DNA of 64,000 nucleotides, from contig JAKAXD010000001.1 in NCBI GenBank assembly GCA_021816725.1, positions 313,257-377,256 of the forward strand, written 5' to 3'. The position numbers and the translations under genes are program-made. Positions 28,260-37,353 of the stretch are shown piece after piece; the first letter of the stretch is position 1; each line of letters begins with the position of its first letter. Origin of the DNA: Thermoplasmata archaeon (lineage in GTDB: Archaea; Thermoplasmatota; Thermoplasmata; Thermoplasmatales; GCA-001856825). The notes under the pieces are model-generated. The model was given only the letters and a program-made list of their open reading frames with translations. It did not search any database and was not told where the DNA came from.

Positions 28260-29252
28260 GTGGAAAATGTTCGAAAGGTCGATCCAGTCAACCCAGACAT
28301 AAGGGTGATGGATGAAGCAGGTGCCATAATTGCAGGCGGAGGGACGGTAGCATTCCCAACAGAAACCGTGTATGGACTTGGAGCTAATGCACTGGATGAT
28401 GATGCGTGCAAGAAAATATTCGAGATCAAGGGAAGGCAGCAGGATAATCCCATAATTGTTCACATAAGCGACTTTGACCAGCTCGACTACGTATCCCAGG
28501 GTCTGTCGGGGAAGATTAGGGAGGCCTTTGAGATGATCTGGCCAGGACCGCTCACAGTAGTGTTGGATAAGAAGAATGTTGGCTCAGTTCCGACTGCCGG
28601 CCTAGGTAGTGTTGCTGTCCGGATGCCCGCACACAGGGTTCCTCAGGAGTTGATTAGAAGGAGTGGATACCCCATTGCTGCTCCCAGTGCAAATAAGTCA
28701 GGTCGTCCAAGTCCTGTTTATGCATCAGAGGTAGTGGAGGACCTTGGGAAAAAGGTTGATATGATTCTGGATGGTGGCCCGGCGTCATTCGGAGTAGAGT
28801 CTACTGTAATAATTTTCAGGAAAGACGAAGTTGTTATCCTAAGGCCTGGTGCGTTCTCGGCTGAGGATATCAAGAAATTTTTCAATATTAAAGTCTCAAT
28901 CTCTGGAGAAGTGCCTGACGCCCCTGTTTCGCCGGGCATGAAGTACAGGCATTATGCCCCCGAGAAGGAGCTTGTCTTGGGTACGGATGAAGACAGGATT
29001 ATAGAGGAGTGCAAGTCTGGAAATGTCTTATTCATCGGTAGCTCTGAACTCGCAAAGAAGGTGAATTCAGAATCCGTTATATTGGGATCCAGGGAAAACC
29101 TTTATGAGATTGCTAGAAATTTATTCCCTTCTTTCAGGGAACTTGACAGAAGCGAATATCCGAGGGGGATAATTGAAGGGTTCGAGGAAAGGGGTATAGG
29201 TCTAGCTATAATGAACAGGATAAGGAAGGCCACTGGGGGGAAGGTAATATAG
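28260..29252 (+). CDS. sua5: Threonylcarbamoyl-AMP synthase Sua5
   Basis: AFPTETVYGLGA, KGRQQDNP, APSANKSG, SPGMKYRHYAP. Confidence 0.96.
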   Translation: MENVRKVDPVNPDIRVMDEAGAIIAGGGTVAFPTETVYGLGANALDDDACKKIFEIKGRQQDNPIIVHISDFDQLDYVSQGLSGKIREAFEMIWPGPLTVVLDKKNVGSVPTAGLGSVAVRMPAHRVPQELIRRSGYPIAAPSANKSGRPSPVYASEVVEDLGKKVDMILDGGPASFGVESTVIIFRKDEVVILRPGAFSAEDIKKFFNIKVSISGEVPDAPVSPGMKYRHYAPEKELVLGTDEDRIIEECKSGNVLFIGSSELAKKVNSESVILGSRENLYEIARNLFPSFRELDRSEYPRGIIEGFEERGIGLAIMNRIRKATGGKVI

Positions 29253-29331
29253 ACAGTTTCATCGGCCATGGGGTGGGTTAACGGGTCCCCCTCAATTTCT
29301 GAAATGCGCAGCTAAAGGTAGACGACCTTTG

Positions 29332-29868
29332 CTAACCTTTGTAGTAACCCCTGAATTTGAGATATTCCAGGATCGTGTTCACGCTTTCATCAACTGTCTG
29401 TTTGTTGGTATCTAAAATAATTTCTGGGGATAGAGGCTCTTCGTATGGGTCCTGAAGGCCTGTCAGGTTCGTGATCTCGCCTGCAAGTGCCTTCTTGTAA
29501 AGGCCCTTCGGGTCCCTCTTGATGAGTACTTCTAGGGGGCAGCGAACAAAAATTTCAATGAAGTTTGGAATTTCGCTTCTTGCCTTTGCTCTAACCTCCC
29601 TGTACGGGGAGATAAGTGGGACTAATGTTACCACCCCGTTCCTTGATAGGAGTTTAGCTACGAAAATGACCCTCTCGTTATGTTTCTCCCTATCTTCCTT
29701 CGAGAAGCCAAGGTCTTTTGAAAGTCCTTTTCTTATCTCGTCGCCATCAAGTATTTCCACCCTTGATCCTTTTTCATTTAGAATTACCTTAAGTCGTTCA
29801 GCAAGAGTTGTTTTACCTGCCCCGGGAGGGCCTGTAAACCAAAGCACGTATCCCGGCTCACTCGACAT
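29332..29868 (-). CDS. cysC: Adenylyl-sulfate (APS) kinase
   Basis: WFTGPPGAGKTT, LDGDEIR, LGFSKEDR, RDPKGLY, PYEEP. Confidence 0.95.
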   Translation of the reverse strand: MSSEPGYVLWFTGPPGAGKTTLAERLKVILNEKGSRVEILDGDEIRKGLSKDLGFSKEDREKHNERVIFVAKLLSRNGVVTLVPLISPYREVRAKARSEIPNFIEIFVRCPLEVLIKRDPKGLYKKALAGEITNLTGLQDPYEEPLSPEIILDTNKQTVDESVNTILEYLKFRGYYKG

Positions 29869-31246
29869 ACTCGGTCCCCTCCAATGGCTCCCCTTTGATG
29901 CCATACTTCTTCCTTACCCTATAAAGTTCGAGAATGGTAGGTGCTATTCGGTATATGCTAGAGTCAATAATTTTGCCAATTTTCTTGTTTTTTCTGTACA
30001 TGATGTAAATCCCGTCATAGTCATGAACCGCATCGTCCGGACCTGTATCATTCTCGAGGAGGTAGTCTGTGTCATACCCGAGCGTTCCAGCTGTTCTCCA
30101 GCTCAGATCATCTAGGTAGACAAATAGATCTGACCTGTCTCCGTTAACAACGGGATATACTTCCTCCGGTTCAAACACCTTAGTGTTCCACTGCTCCCCG
30201 TTCGGACCTTTTATTGATCTAAGTTTCTCCTTTAGAGTTTCAAGTTCCGACCTAACATTTCCTTTTTCTATGAGTCCTTCTGGTTCCCTGCCCTTGATAT
30301 TAAGGAAGACCCTTGCATAATATCCTCCCCATGCCCAGGCCTTTGAGTGAGCCCAATCGACGTCAAGGTCCTCCAGGGAAACGCCAGCCTTCTCTACAGG
30401 GGATTTCAGTTTGAGATACCCCTCCTTGATGAGCCATTGATTAATTGCAAATGCGCCTTTCATATGTTTTGCGCCATGATCCGAAACAACAAGTACAACA
30501 GTGTCATCGTCAAATTCATCCAACATTTTTCCAATATGCGAGTCTACCATCTTGAAGTAAGAAATGAACTTCCCTCTCATTTCCTTGTCATCCTCGTATA
30601 AATGGCTCTCTTGGTCTATGTATCTCCAGAATGCGTGATGAATCCTGTCAATTCCTATCTCGACCATGAAGAAGAAATCCCATTCCTTTTCCATCAGCAT
30701 CTTCTCAGCCATCCTGAACCTGGTATCTGTCATCTTGTAAATTTCGTCAATTATCTGCTTCTTTTCTGGTTTCCTAAACTTCACGTCAAACTGGTAGTCC
30801 GGGAAGTCCCTAAGTATTTCATTCTTCAAGCCCGGAGGGTAAGTGAATTCCTTGTCTTTTCCTGGGGTCAAAAAGTCCGAGACCATCAATCCAGGTATTG
30901 GCTTAGGAGGATAGGATGGAGGTACTGCTATAATTATGCTTTTCTTGTTCCTCTTGCCTAATATGTCCCAGACTGTATCGAATTTAATGTCCGATGAAGT
31001 TGGAATCTTAATCCCGTTGTAAGAATTTGGGATTCTAGACCTAAATCCGTAGAGACCCAGCTCTCCCGGTGATCTACCGGTAGACATTACCATCCATGCC
31101 GGAACGGTTATAGGAGGATCTGAGCTTCTTAGTTTTCCTGATATACCCTCTGAAGCCATTTTAGATAAGACTGGAAGATCTTCCTTCAACTTTTTAAATA
31201 TCAAGTCAGGTGCGGCACAGTCCAGACCAATGACAGCTACTCTCAT
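29858..31246 (-). CDS. Alkaline phosphatase superfamily protein (nucleotide pyrophosphatase/sulfatase-like)
   Basis: IGLDCA, PPITVPAW, DRIHH, VSDHG, DDAVHD, IAPT. Overlaps cysC. Confidence 0.88.
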   Translation of the reverse strand: MRVAVIGLDCAAPDLIFKKLKEDLPVLSKMASEGISGKLRSSDPPITVPAWMVMSTGRSPGELGLYGFRSRIPNSYNGIKIPTSSDIKFDTVWDILGKRNKKSIIIAVPPSYPPKPIPGLMVSDFLTPGKDKEFTYPPGLKNEILRDFPDYQFDVKFRKPEKKQIIDEIYKMTDTRFRMAEKMLMEKEWDFFFMVEIGIDRIHHAFWRYIDQESHLYEDDKEMRGKFISYFKMVDSHIGKMLDEFDDDTVVLVVSDHGAKHMKGAFAINQWLIKEGYLKLKSPVEKAGVSLEDLDVDWAHSKAWAWGGYYARVFLNIKGREPEGLIEKGNVRSELETLKEKLRSIKGPNGEQWNTKVFEPEEVYPVVNGDRSDLFVYLDDLSWRTAGTLGYDTDYLLENDTGPDDAVHDYDGIYIMYRKNKKIGKIIDSSIYRIAPTILELYRVRKKYGIKGEPLEGTEYVE

Positions 31247-31255
31247 GATTACACC

Positions 31256-31474
31256 TCAATCCAGATAGCCAAGGGACCTGAGTCTGTCCTTCACTTTCTT
31301 CTCATCTTCTGCATTAAAAGCTTCTTGTTCACTTCCATGTGTCAGGATCTCCCTAAGTACAAAAGTAACGTAATCGCTTACAGAGGTAAATCCTGTCCCT
31401 TTGATTTTCTCCTGAATCTTTTCAAAAAGTGGGGTAGGCAGTGAGACGGTCGTATACTTCTTATCCGTTGCCAT
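31256..31474 (-). CDS. CopG/RHH-family small protein with C-terminal RLRSLGYLD
   Basis: YTTVSLP...FTSVSDYVTFVLRE RHH pattern. First gene of the RHH-AlkP-cysC operon. Confidence 0.85.
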   Translation of the reverse strand: MATDKKYTTVSLPTPLFEKIQEKIKGTGFTSVSDYVTFVLREILTHGSEQEAFNAEDEKKVKDRLRSLGYLD

Positions 31475-31750
31475 AGGGTAAAAGAACAATATGATATTTA
31501 TAATTTACTTTAATTACATACCTTATATACCTTCAATTGAATCCTCCAATATCCTAATTATTTTGGTGTCCTTTTCTCACCATTCAACTAATGGCCTCAT
31601 TCTTAATTCAGTTTTGATGCAAAATCATTCTTTAAACAATTAAGGATACCAACCAGTTATTGAGATAAAGGATTTGCTATGGGCTTATGACCAGTTTCTT
31701 AAAGTAGACAAGGAAAGAATTATATATGATTTGATACTTGGACAATCCTG

Positions 31751-32041
31751 GTGATGAACGTGGCAGATAACAACACAATATTCATCGGGAAAAAGCCGAC
31801 GGAAAACTACGTTTTTAGTACAATAATGCTCTTTACAAATGGAGCAAGCGAAGTATCAATAAAAGCAAGAGGTATGGCAATAAAAAGAGCGGTAGACGTT
31901 GCTGAAATCGTTAGGAACCGAATGGAATCGATGATGAAGACTCAGGTGAAGTACCAGGACATAAAGATTGCTACAGAAAAAGTACAGAGGGAAGATGGAG
32001 AGAGCAACGTTTCCTCGATAGAGATTGTCCTAAAGAAGTAG
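31751..32041 (+). CDS. albA: DNA/RNA-binding protein Alba
   Basis: IFIGKKP, IKARG.AI..AVDVAE, VSSIEIVL. Confidence 0.94.
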   Translation: MMNVADNNTIFIGKKPTENYVFSTIMLFTNGASEVSIKARGMAIKRAVDVAEIVRNRMESMMKTQVKYQDIKIATEKVQREDGESNVSSIEIVLKK

Positions 32042-32084
32042 GTGATTTTCCACCTACAATTAATTTTTTAATTTTAACGCTTAA

Positions 32085-33881
32085 ATGTTCCAGATTCTCC
32101 ACAGGGATGGACTTGCAAGGATTGGAGAGCTGGAAGTCAAAAATAGAAAAATATTGACCCCCGTCCTGTTGCCGGTTCTTCATCCATTCAAGATAGATCC
32201 TTGGATCTCTGTTGTTAAACAACTGAAACTAAATGGAGTGATCACAAATTCCTACATTCTTAAGAAGGGAGGTTTCCAGGAAGGGAAGGATGTTCATGAT
32301 CTTCTAGGCTTCAGCGGGATCGTCATGACAGATTCTGGAACTTTCCAGGAGCACATGTATGGCGAATTGAATGTGACTAACCTTGAGATGGTGAGGTATC
32401 AGGAGAGCATCAATTCAGATATCATAACCATAAGGGACATTTTTTCAGAGATGGATCACTCTGAAGAGAAGATAAGGGAAGACATCAGAGAGAACTATAG
32501 GAGAGGAAAAGAAGCTATATCAGAGACGGGGAAATACGTAGCCCTACCAATACAAGGGGGGGTATATCCGGACCTAAGGAAGGAAAGCGCAAGGATGATG
32601 GGCTCACTTGAAAGTGAATATTTTCCGATTGGCGGGATAGTACCGTTCATGGAGAGATACATGTATTCCCTTGTCATCGAATCCATCTTGAATTCAAAGA
32701 GTAACCTAAAGTCTTCTGCTGTTATTCATGCCTTTGGGGCGGGTCATCCCATGTTCTTTCCGCTCCTCTTCCTTGCTGGAGTAGACGTGATAGATTCTTC
32801 TGCCTACATTAAATACGCTAGGGACAATCGGATTCTAACTGAAACTGGCACAGCGGACCTAAGTGGTTTTGCAGAAGAGCTGCCACCTTCACCATACCTG
32901 GACAGATTTAATGCGAAGGAACTGCTGTCCCTGTCTCAGGATGAGAGAACTAACGTCCTTGGAATGCACAACCTCTATGTCTCAGTGAAGGAATTAGAAA
33001 ATATTAAACAGCAGATCAGGTCAGAAAACATGTGGAATTATGCAGAATATAGGGCACATTCCCATCCACTCCTGCTCGAGGCACTTAGAAAATTTGATGA
33101 TTTTTATGGGTATATCGAGCGTTTTGAGCCTATGTCCAGGAAAAATCCTGTTTTCTATACGGGGGAGGAAACACTGAAGAGGCCAGATGTAAGAAGATTT
33201 ATTTCCAAGGCCATCGAGAGTAGACAAGGAGTCAAGATTGACAAGAAACCTTACTCATATTACTCTGATTCGCCTAACGTCCTAGTCCAAAGCCAATTCG
33301 GTGCAGTACCTCTGTTCCTAGATGAAACATATCCTGTTGCACAGTCACTTTTCCCTGGGGAGTATTACGAGAGTTCAAAGGACATTACGAAGTTTGAGAA
33401 GCCAGAATGGAAGGAGTTCCTCATCAACAAGGTTGACAGAATATTTGAATACCAATTCGGAAGAAAACTCTATTCAATCCTGGACAGGGATAAAATAACC
33501 CTGCAGAGAAGCAAGAATACAGGAAAGATCAGGAATGTATTTTACGGCGGAGAACAGATACTTGCACTCCGGGCGTCAGACGGATTGTTCAGTCTGACTT
33601 ATAATGGATCGGTTTTGATTCGTTCCAACTTCCATTTCCCTCAACACAGGGTAATAGTGGACAAGGAAGTCAGTGAGTTCATAAGGCAGGGAAAGAATGT
33701 TTTTGCAAAATTTGTCGAGGATGCTGATATATCGATCCGTCCACACGACGATGTGATTATTGTTGACAGGGAGGATAACCTTCTGTCATACGGCAGGGCT
33801 ACATTGAACAGGGAGGAGATGATTGAATTCAAAAGGGGAATAGCCGTAAAGAATAGACTGAAATCTGATGATGCCAGTTAA
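32085..33881 (+). CDS. tgtA: Archaeosine tRNA-guanine transglycosylase with PUA domain
   Basis: DGLARIG, MTDSGTFQ, PIQGG, GAGHPM, DSSAY, and a C-terminal PUA domain (GKNVFAKFV). Confidence 0.93.
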   Translation: MFQILHRDGLARIGELEVKNRKILTPVLLPVLHPFKIDPWISVVKQLKLNGVITNSYILKKGGFQEGKDVHDLLGFSGIVMTDSGTFQEHMYGELNVTNLEMVRYQESINSDIITIRDIFSEMDHSEEKIREDIRENYRRGKEAISETGKYVALPIQGGVYPDLRKESARMMGSLESEYFPIGGIVPFMERYMYSLVIESILNSKSNLKSSAVIHAFGAGHPMFFPLLFLAGVDVIDSSAYIKYARDNRILTETGTADLSGFAEELPPSPYLDRFNAKELLSLSQDERTNVLGMHNLYVSVKELENIKQQIRSENMWNYAEYRAHSHPLLLEALRKFDDFYGYIERFEPMSRKNPVFYTGEETLKRPDVRRFISKAIESRQGVKIDKKPYSYYSDSPNVLVQSQFGAVPLFLDETYPVAQSLFPGEYYESSKDITKFEKPEWKEFLINKVDRIFEYQFGRKLYSILDRDKITLQRSKNTGKIRNVFYGGEQILALRASDGLFSLTYNGSVLIRSNFHFPQHRVIVDKEVSEFIRQGKNVFAKFVEDADISIRPHDDVIIVDREDNLLSYGRATLNREEMIEFKRGIAVKNRLKSDDAS

Positions 33882-33887
33882 GAATTT

Positions 33888-34673
33888 ATGGAAGGTTGCA
33901 TTTTCAAGAAAGTGGAAATAAGGCGAGCAGAATCGGTAGAGGAATACAAGGTCGTAGAGAACATTCAAAGGGATATATGGGGAATGGTTGAAGAACCACC
34001 TGTACCCCTTCCAATCCTGGTGGCCATAAATTCTAACGGAGGCCTTGTTGAAATAGCAAAGGACGAGAATAAGATAGTGGGTTTCAGCTTGGCCTTTCCT
34101 GGAACAAACGGAAAATACAGATATCTCTATTCCCACATGGCTGGTGTGCTGCATGAGTACAGGAACAAGAATGTGGGTTATGACATTAAGATGCACCAGT
34201 TTGAGCAGGCTAAGAAAATGGGGTATACCGAGGTCAGGTGGACATTTGACCCAATGAAGGCGAGGAATACTTTCTTCAACGTGAGCAAGCTGGGTGCATA
34301 CGCTTATGATTACAAGATAAACTATTACGGAATCATGGGTTCCAAGGAGAACCAGGGGGTAGAATCTGACAGAATCGAGGCCCACAAGTTCCTCGACAGG
34401 GAGAAAATTTCTGCCTCAAATTTCGAAATCGTTGCTCATATAACTGATTTCCCTAGACCATGGCAGGACTTCAGGATAAATGGAGAATCTTTAGCTGTAG
34501 AGGTACCTAGCGACCTAGGAAGCAATGACATAGAACTTGCCAGGAATTGGAGGATTGCACTCAGAAGAGCTATAACACTCCTTGAGGAAAATGAATTCGT
34601 GATGAACGATGTCATCAAGGAAGAGAGATCAGTGTTGCTGATATTTACACTTCGGAAGAAACTAGGAATTTGA
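33888..34673 (+). CDS. GNAT-family N-acyltransferase (COG3375-like)
   Basis: YSHMAGV, WTFDPM, NYYG, SDRI. Confidence 0.82.
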   Translation: MEGCIFKKVEIRRAESVEEYKVVENIQRDIWGMVEEPPVPLPILVAINSNGGLVEIAKDENKIVGFSLAFPGTNGKYRYLYSHMAGVLHEYRNKNVGYDIKMHQFEQAKKMGYTEVRWTFDPMKARNTFFNVSKLGAYAYDYKINYYGIMGSKENQGVESDRIEAHKFLDREKISASNFEIVAHITDFPRPWQDFRINGESLAVEVPSDLGSNDIELARNWRIALRRAITLLEENEFVMNDVIKEERSVLLIFTLRKKLGI

Positions 34674-34907
34674 TTAAATCGAGAAATCTTCTACTTCAGT
34701 CTCCTTCCTCTTTTTGGGTATCTTCTTTGTCTTCCAATAGGTAGTAACATAGCCTGCCACGAGATTCCTAAGCTTTTTTGAGGCGTCAGGTATTACTTTG
34801 TCCACTATTTCCTTATTGCGTTCAAAGTCTTTCCCCAGGTGCTGTTCATATTCGTCGTATATCTGTCTCGCAACTGTTTTAACAAGTGTTGGCCTAATGG
34901 CTCCCAT
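34674..34907 (-). CDS. rps17e: Ribosomal protein eS17
   Basis: MGAIRP, DFERNK, SKKLRNLVAGYVT. Confidence 0.95.
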   Translation of the reverse strand: MGAIRPTLVKTVARQIYDEYEQHLGKDFERNKEIVDKVIPDASKKLRNLVAGYVTTYWKTKKIPKKRKETEVEDFSI

Positions 34908-34941
34908 TGCTCTCGATATATTCACAAACTAATTAAATATT

Positions 34942-35994
34942 TCATTTGGCCAGTCCAACGAATTCGGCAGACCCCTTCAAAACGGCAAATAGTGAAGAAT
35001 AGGCAGGGAGTACGTACTTCCCCTCCTGAAGTTCTCTCTTCTCGCCATCAAACTCAATGGAAATCCTCTTGGTTATAGCAATTTCATAATCGTCATGAAA
35101 AGTCTGTGGTATCGCATCATTCAAAGGGTCGAACTCGTCCAGCTTCTCGAATTGCACCACCTTGACCGTCAGGCCAGATTTCCCGTGGAGGCTCCCAGGC
35201 GTTCTTATCAACCTATGGATGTCTATCGTAACTGGCTCGTCTATTCTGGAGGAGAATTTCTTTACTGCTAGCTGCCTTGCATTCCTCTCGACATACTCGC
35301 TCTTTTTAATTTCCCTCTTCCCAAGGTTGTCTGTCATCTCCCCAGTTGCCTCCTCAATTTTCTGCCGCCATTTCCTGTCCTGGGAATCGAGGATTTGCAT
35401 CAGGGAATCCTTCACCTTGTTTATCCTCTCGTCCCATCTTGTCTTCGCTATAGGTCTATAACCAGAGGAAATGCACCTTCCTGAGATATAATCAACAATC
35501 TCCCTCCTCTCCTGTGATTCAAGACCTTCAAATATGGAATAAACGTGGACATGGTAACCTCTGCTTCCAGAGAAAACAATCTCCAGGTTTTTCCTGTCAA
35601 TGCTCAAATCGTCAGTAAGCAGAGAAAGGAGCTTATTCAACTCACCTTTTACTGCTATTAGCATCTCAGAGTAACCCATTGCCTCAGCTCCTTCAATGTG
35701 ATCTCCGTCAATGTCAAAGATCAGGTCCGCTCCTGTCCATTTCTTGTTGTCCATTGATGCCTCTGGATTCTGATAATATGCACTCGAATAATAGAAGTGC
35801 AATGGGGTGTTATTTCTCACGTAGTCGACGAGTGAAACCATGTCAGGGAATGATGTATGCCTCACCATACCCTGCTTGCCAAATGCAGTGAAGGCAAGTT
35901 CCCTGTTGCTTATCCTTCTTATGTCAAATGAATCAACGGTAGAATAGTACTTCTTGAAAAGGTCTTGGACGATCTTCCCAGACAGTTCATTCAT
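34942..35994 (-). CDS. priS: DNA primase small (catalytic) subunit
   Basis: RELAF, ADLIFDID, FSGSRGYH, DEPVTIDIHRLIRTPGSLHGKS. Confidence 0.95.
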   Translation of the reverse strand: MNELSGKIVQDLFKKYYSTVDSFDIRRISNRELAFTAFGKQGMVRHTSFPDMVSLVDYVRNNTPLHFYYSSAYYQNPEASMDNKKWTGADLIFDIDGDHIEGAEAMGYSEMLIAVKGELNKLLSLLTDDLSIDRKNLEIVFSGSRGYHVHVYSIFEGLESQERREIVDYISGRCISSGYRPIAKTRWDERINKVKDSLMQILDSQDRKWRQKIEEATGEMTDNLGKREIKKSEYVERNARQLAVKKFSSRIDEPVTIDIHRLIRTPGSLHGKSGLTVKVVQFEKLDEFDPLNDAIPQTFHDDYEIAITKRISIEFDGEKRELQEGKYVLPAYSSLFAVLKGSAEFVGLAK

Positions 35995-36538
35995 CTTTCT
36001 TCCTATTGAAGATGAAGTACAGGGCAACAATGGATACTACAACCCCTCCAGCAAATATCCAGCCATAGAGGGACCTAACGCTTGGGTTATTAAAACTGGT
36101 GGGTGTAGAATTTGAGAAACCCGGAAGAGCACCTGCGTTGAGCTTCTCCTGATTCGTGTAGCCTGAGTTCGTAGCATCCAGGGGGGCAATCTTTTCGAAT
36201 GCAATGGTTACGTTCTCTTCAGTCAGGTTGCCCGTTGCTTCCATTGCAGCTATGAATTCCGCGCCGTAAGGGTTGAGGCCGGTCATTCCATAATCGAATA
36301 GTATGTAGTTCTTCAGAGGGCTATCCCTCCAGTTGTACGTAGAGAAGTTCTTGCTGAATATCACCGGATATACAGTGCTGTTCCAGGTGCTTGCTATTAT
36401 AGTTACTGTGTAACCGTTAAAGGTATGGTAGGTCACTGTTGGATAATTGGCACTGGACTGCGCATAGCTCTGACCATTAACTACTATTACTGCAGCTAGA
36501 AGAATGATGACAATTACTGCGAATAACCTTCTGTTCAC
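35987..36538 (-). CDS. Hypothetical surface protein (signal peptide plus C-terminal TM anchor)
   Basis: N-terminal hydrophobic signal, N-x-S/T sequons, C-terminal TM followed by NRKK. Confidence 0.7.
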   Translation of the reverse strand: MNRRLFAVIVIILLAAVIVVNGQSYAQSSANYPTVTYHTFNGYTVTIIASTWNSTVYPVIFSKNFSTYNWRDSPLKNYILFDYGMTGLNPYGAEFIAAMEATGNLTEENVTIAFEKIAPLDATNSGYTNQEKLNAGALPGFSNSTPTSFNNPSVRSLYGWIFAGGVVVSIVALYFIFNRKKDE

Positions 36539-36561
36539 TGGAAAGGGTATGGCTAGCTCAA

Positions 36562-37353
36562 TTAAAATTTTTCTCTTACGAAACTCACGGCGCTTGAGAA
36601 AAAGCGACTTCCCATTCCTTCCCTCTTCTCCGTTCTCGTCCAGTCTGATTCGGTGACGTAGTGGAAAACTCTTTCCGGATGGGGCATTATTCCAAGGACG
36701 TTCCCCTGCTTATTGCAGAGCCCCGCAATGTTCTGCTCAGAACCGTTTGGATTCCAGGGATATCCTTGCGGTCTCCCCAACTCGTCAGAGTATGAAACGA
36801 CATTCATCCCGTTCTTTATTATTCCTTTGAGTATGTCTGGGTCCCTTGTCACAAATCTACCTTCAGAATGCGCTATCGGCAATTTCACGACTTCCTCATC
36901 AATGAAATCCTTCAGGAACAGGCAATTACCCTTATTGATCTTTAAATAGACCGTTCTCGCCTCAAACCTGTTAGAAATATTCGGAGCGAGGGCTGCCTCT
37001 ATGCCGTATTCTCCTTCCACGTTTGGTATCAGGCCCAGTTCCACCAGCACTTGGAAGCCATTGCAAGAACCCAATACCGGTTTGCCGCTTTCAACAAGCT
37101 GCTCAAGGTCCTTCAGCAGGGTTGACCTTAATCTGGATGCCATTATTGCACCAGCTCTCACGTAGTCGCCTCCGGAGAAACCCCCAGGAAAAAACAGGAT
37201 GTCGTAGTCTTCGAACCTCTTAATCTTGTTCTCAAGCTTCTTAAGGTGCACGATCTCAGGTGATGTGCTGGAATGCTTAAACGACAGGAATGCCTCCTCC
37301 TCGTTGTTTGTCCCCTCCATTGTAAGCACAGCTACCTTGATTTGCCTGTTCAT
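36562..37353 (-). CDS. purQ: FGAM synthase glutaminase subunit
   Basis: PGGFSGGD, CNGFQ, AHSEGR, NPNGS, MPHPER. Confidence 0.96.
   Translation of the reverse strand: MNRQIKVAVLTMEGTNNEEEAFLSFKHSSTSPEIVHLKKLENKIKRFEDYDILFFPGGFSGGDYVRAGAIMASRLRSTLLKDLEQLVESGKPVLGSCNGFQVLVELGLIPNVEGEYGIEAALAPNISNRFEARTVYLKINKGNCLFLKDFIDEEVVKLPIAHSEGRFVTRDPDILKGIIKNGMNVVSYSDELGRPQGYPWNPNGSEQNIAGLCNKQGNVLGIMPHPERVFHYVTESDWTRTEKREGMGSRFFSSAVSFVREKF

Noticed and set aside
36060..36135. PGF tripeptide in the surface protein as a PGF-CTERM archaeosortase signal
   Set aside because: PGF lies about 17 residues before the TM helix rather than directly at its start.
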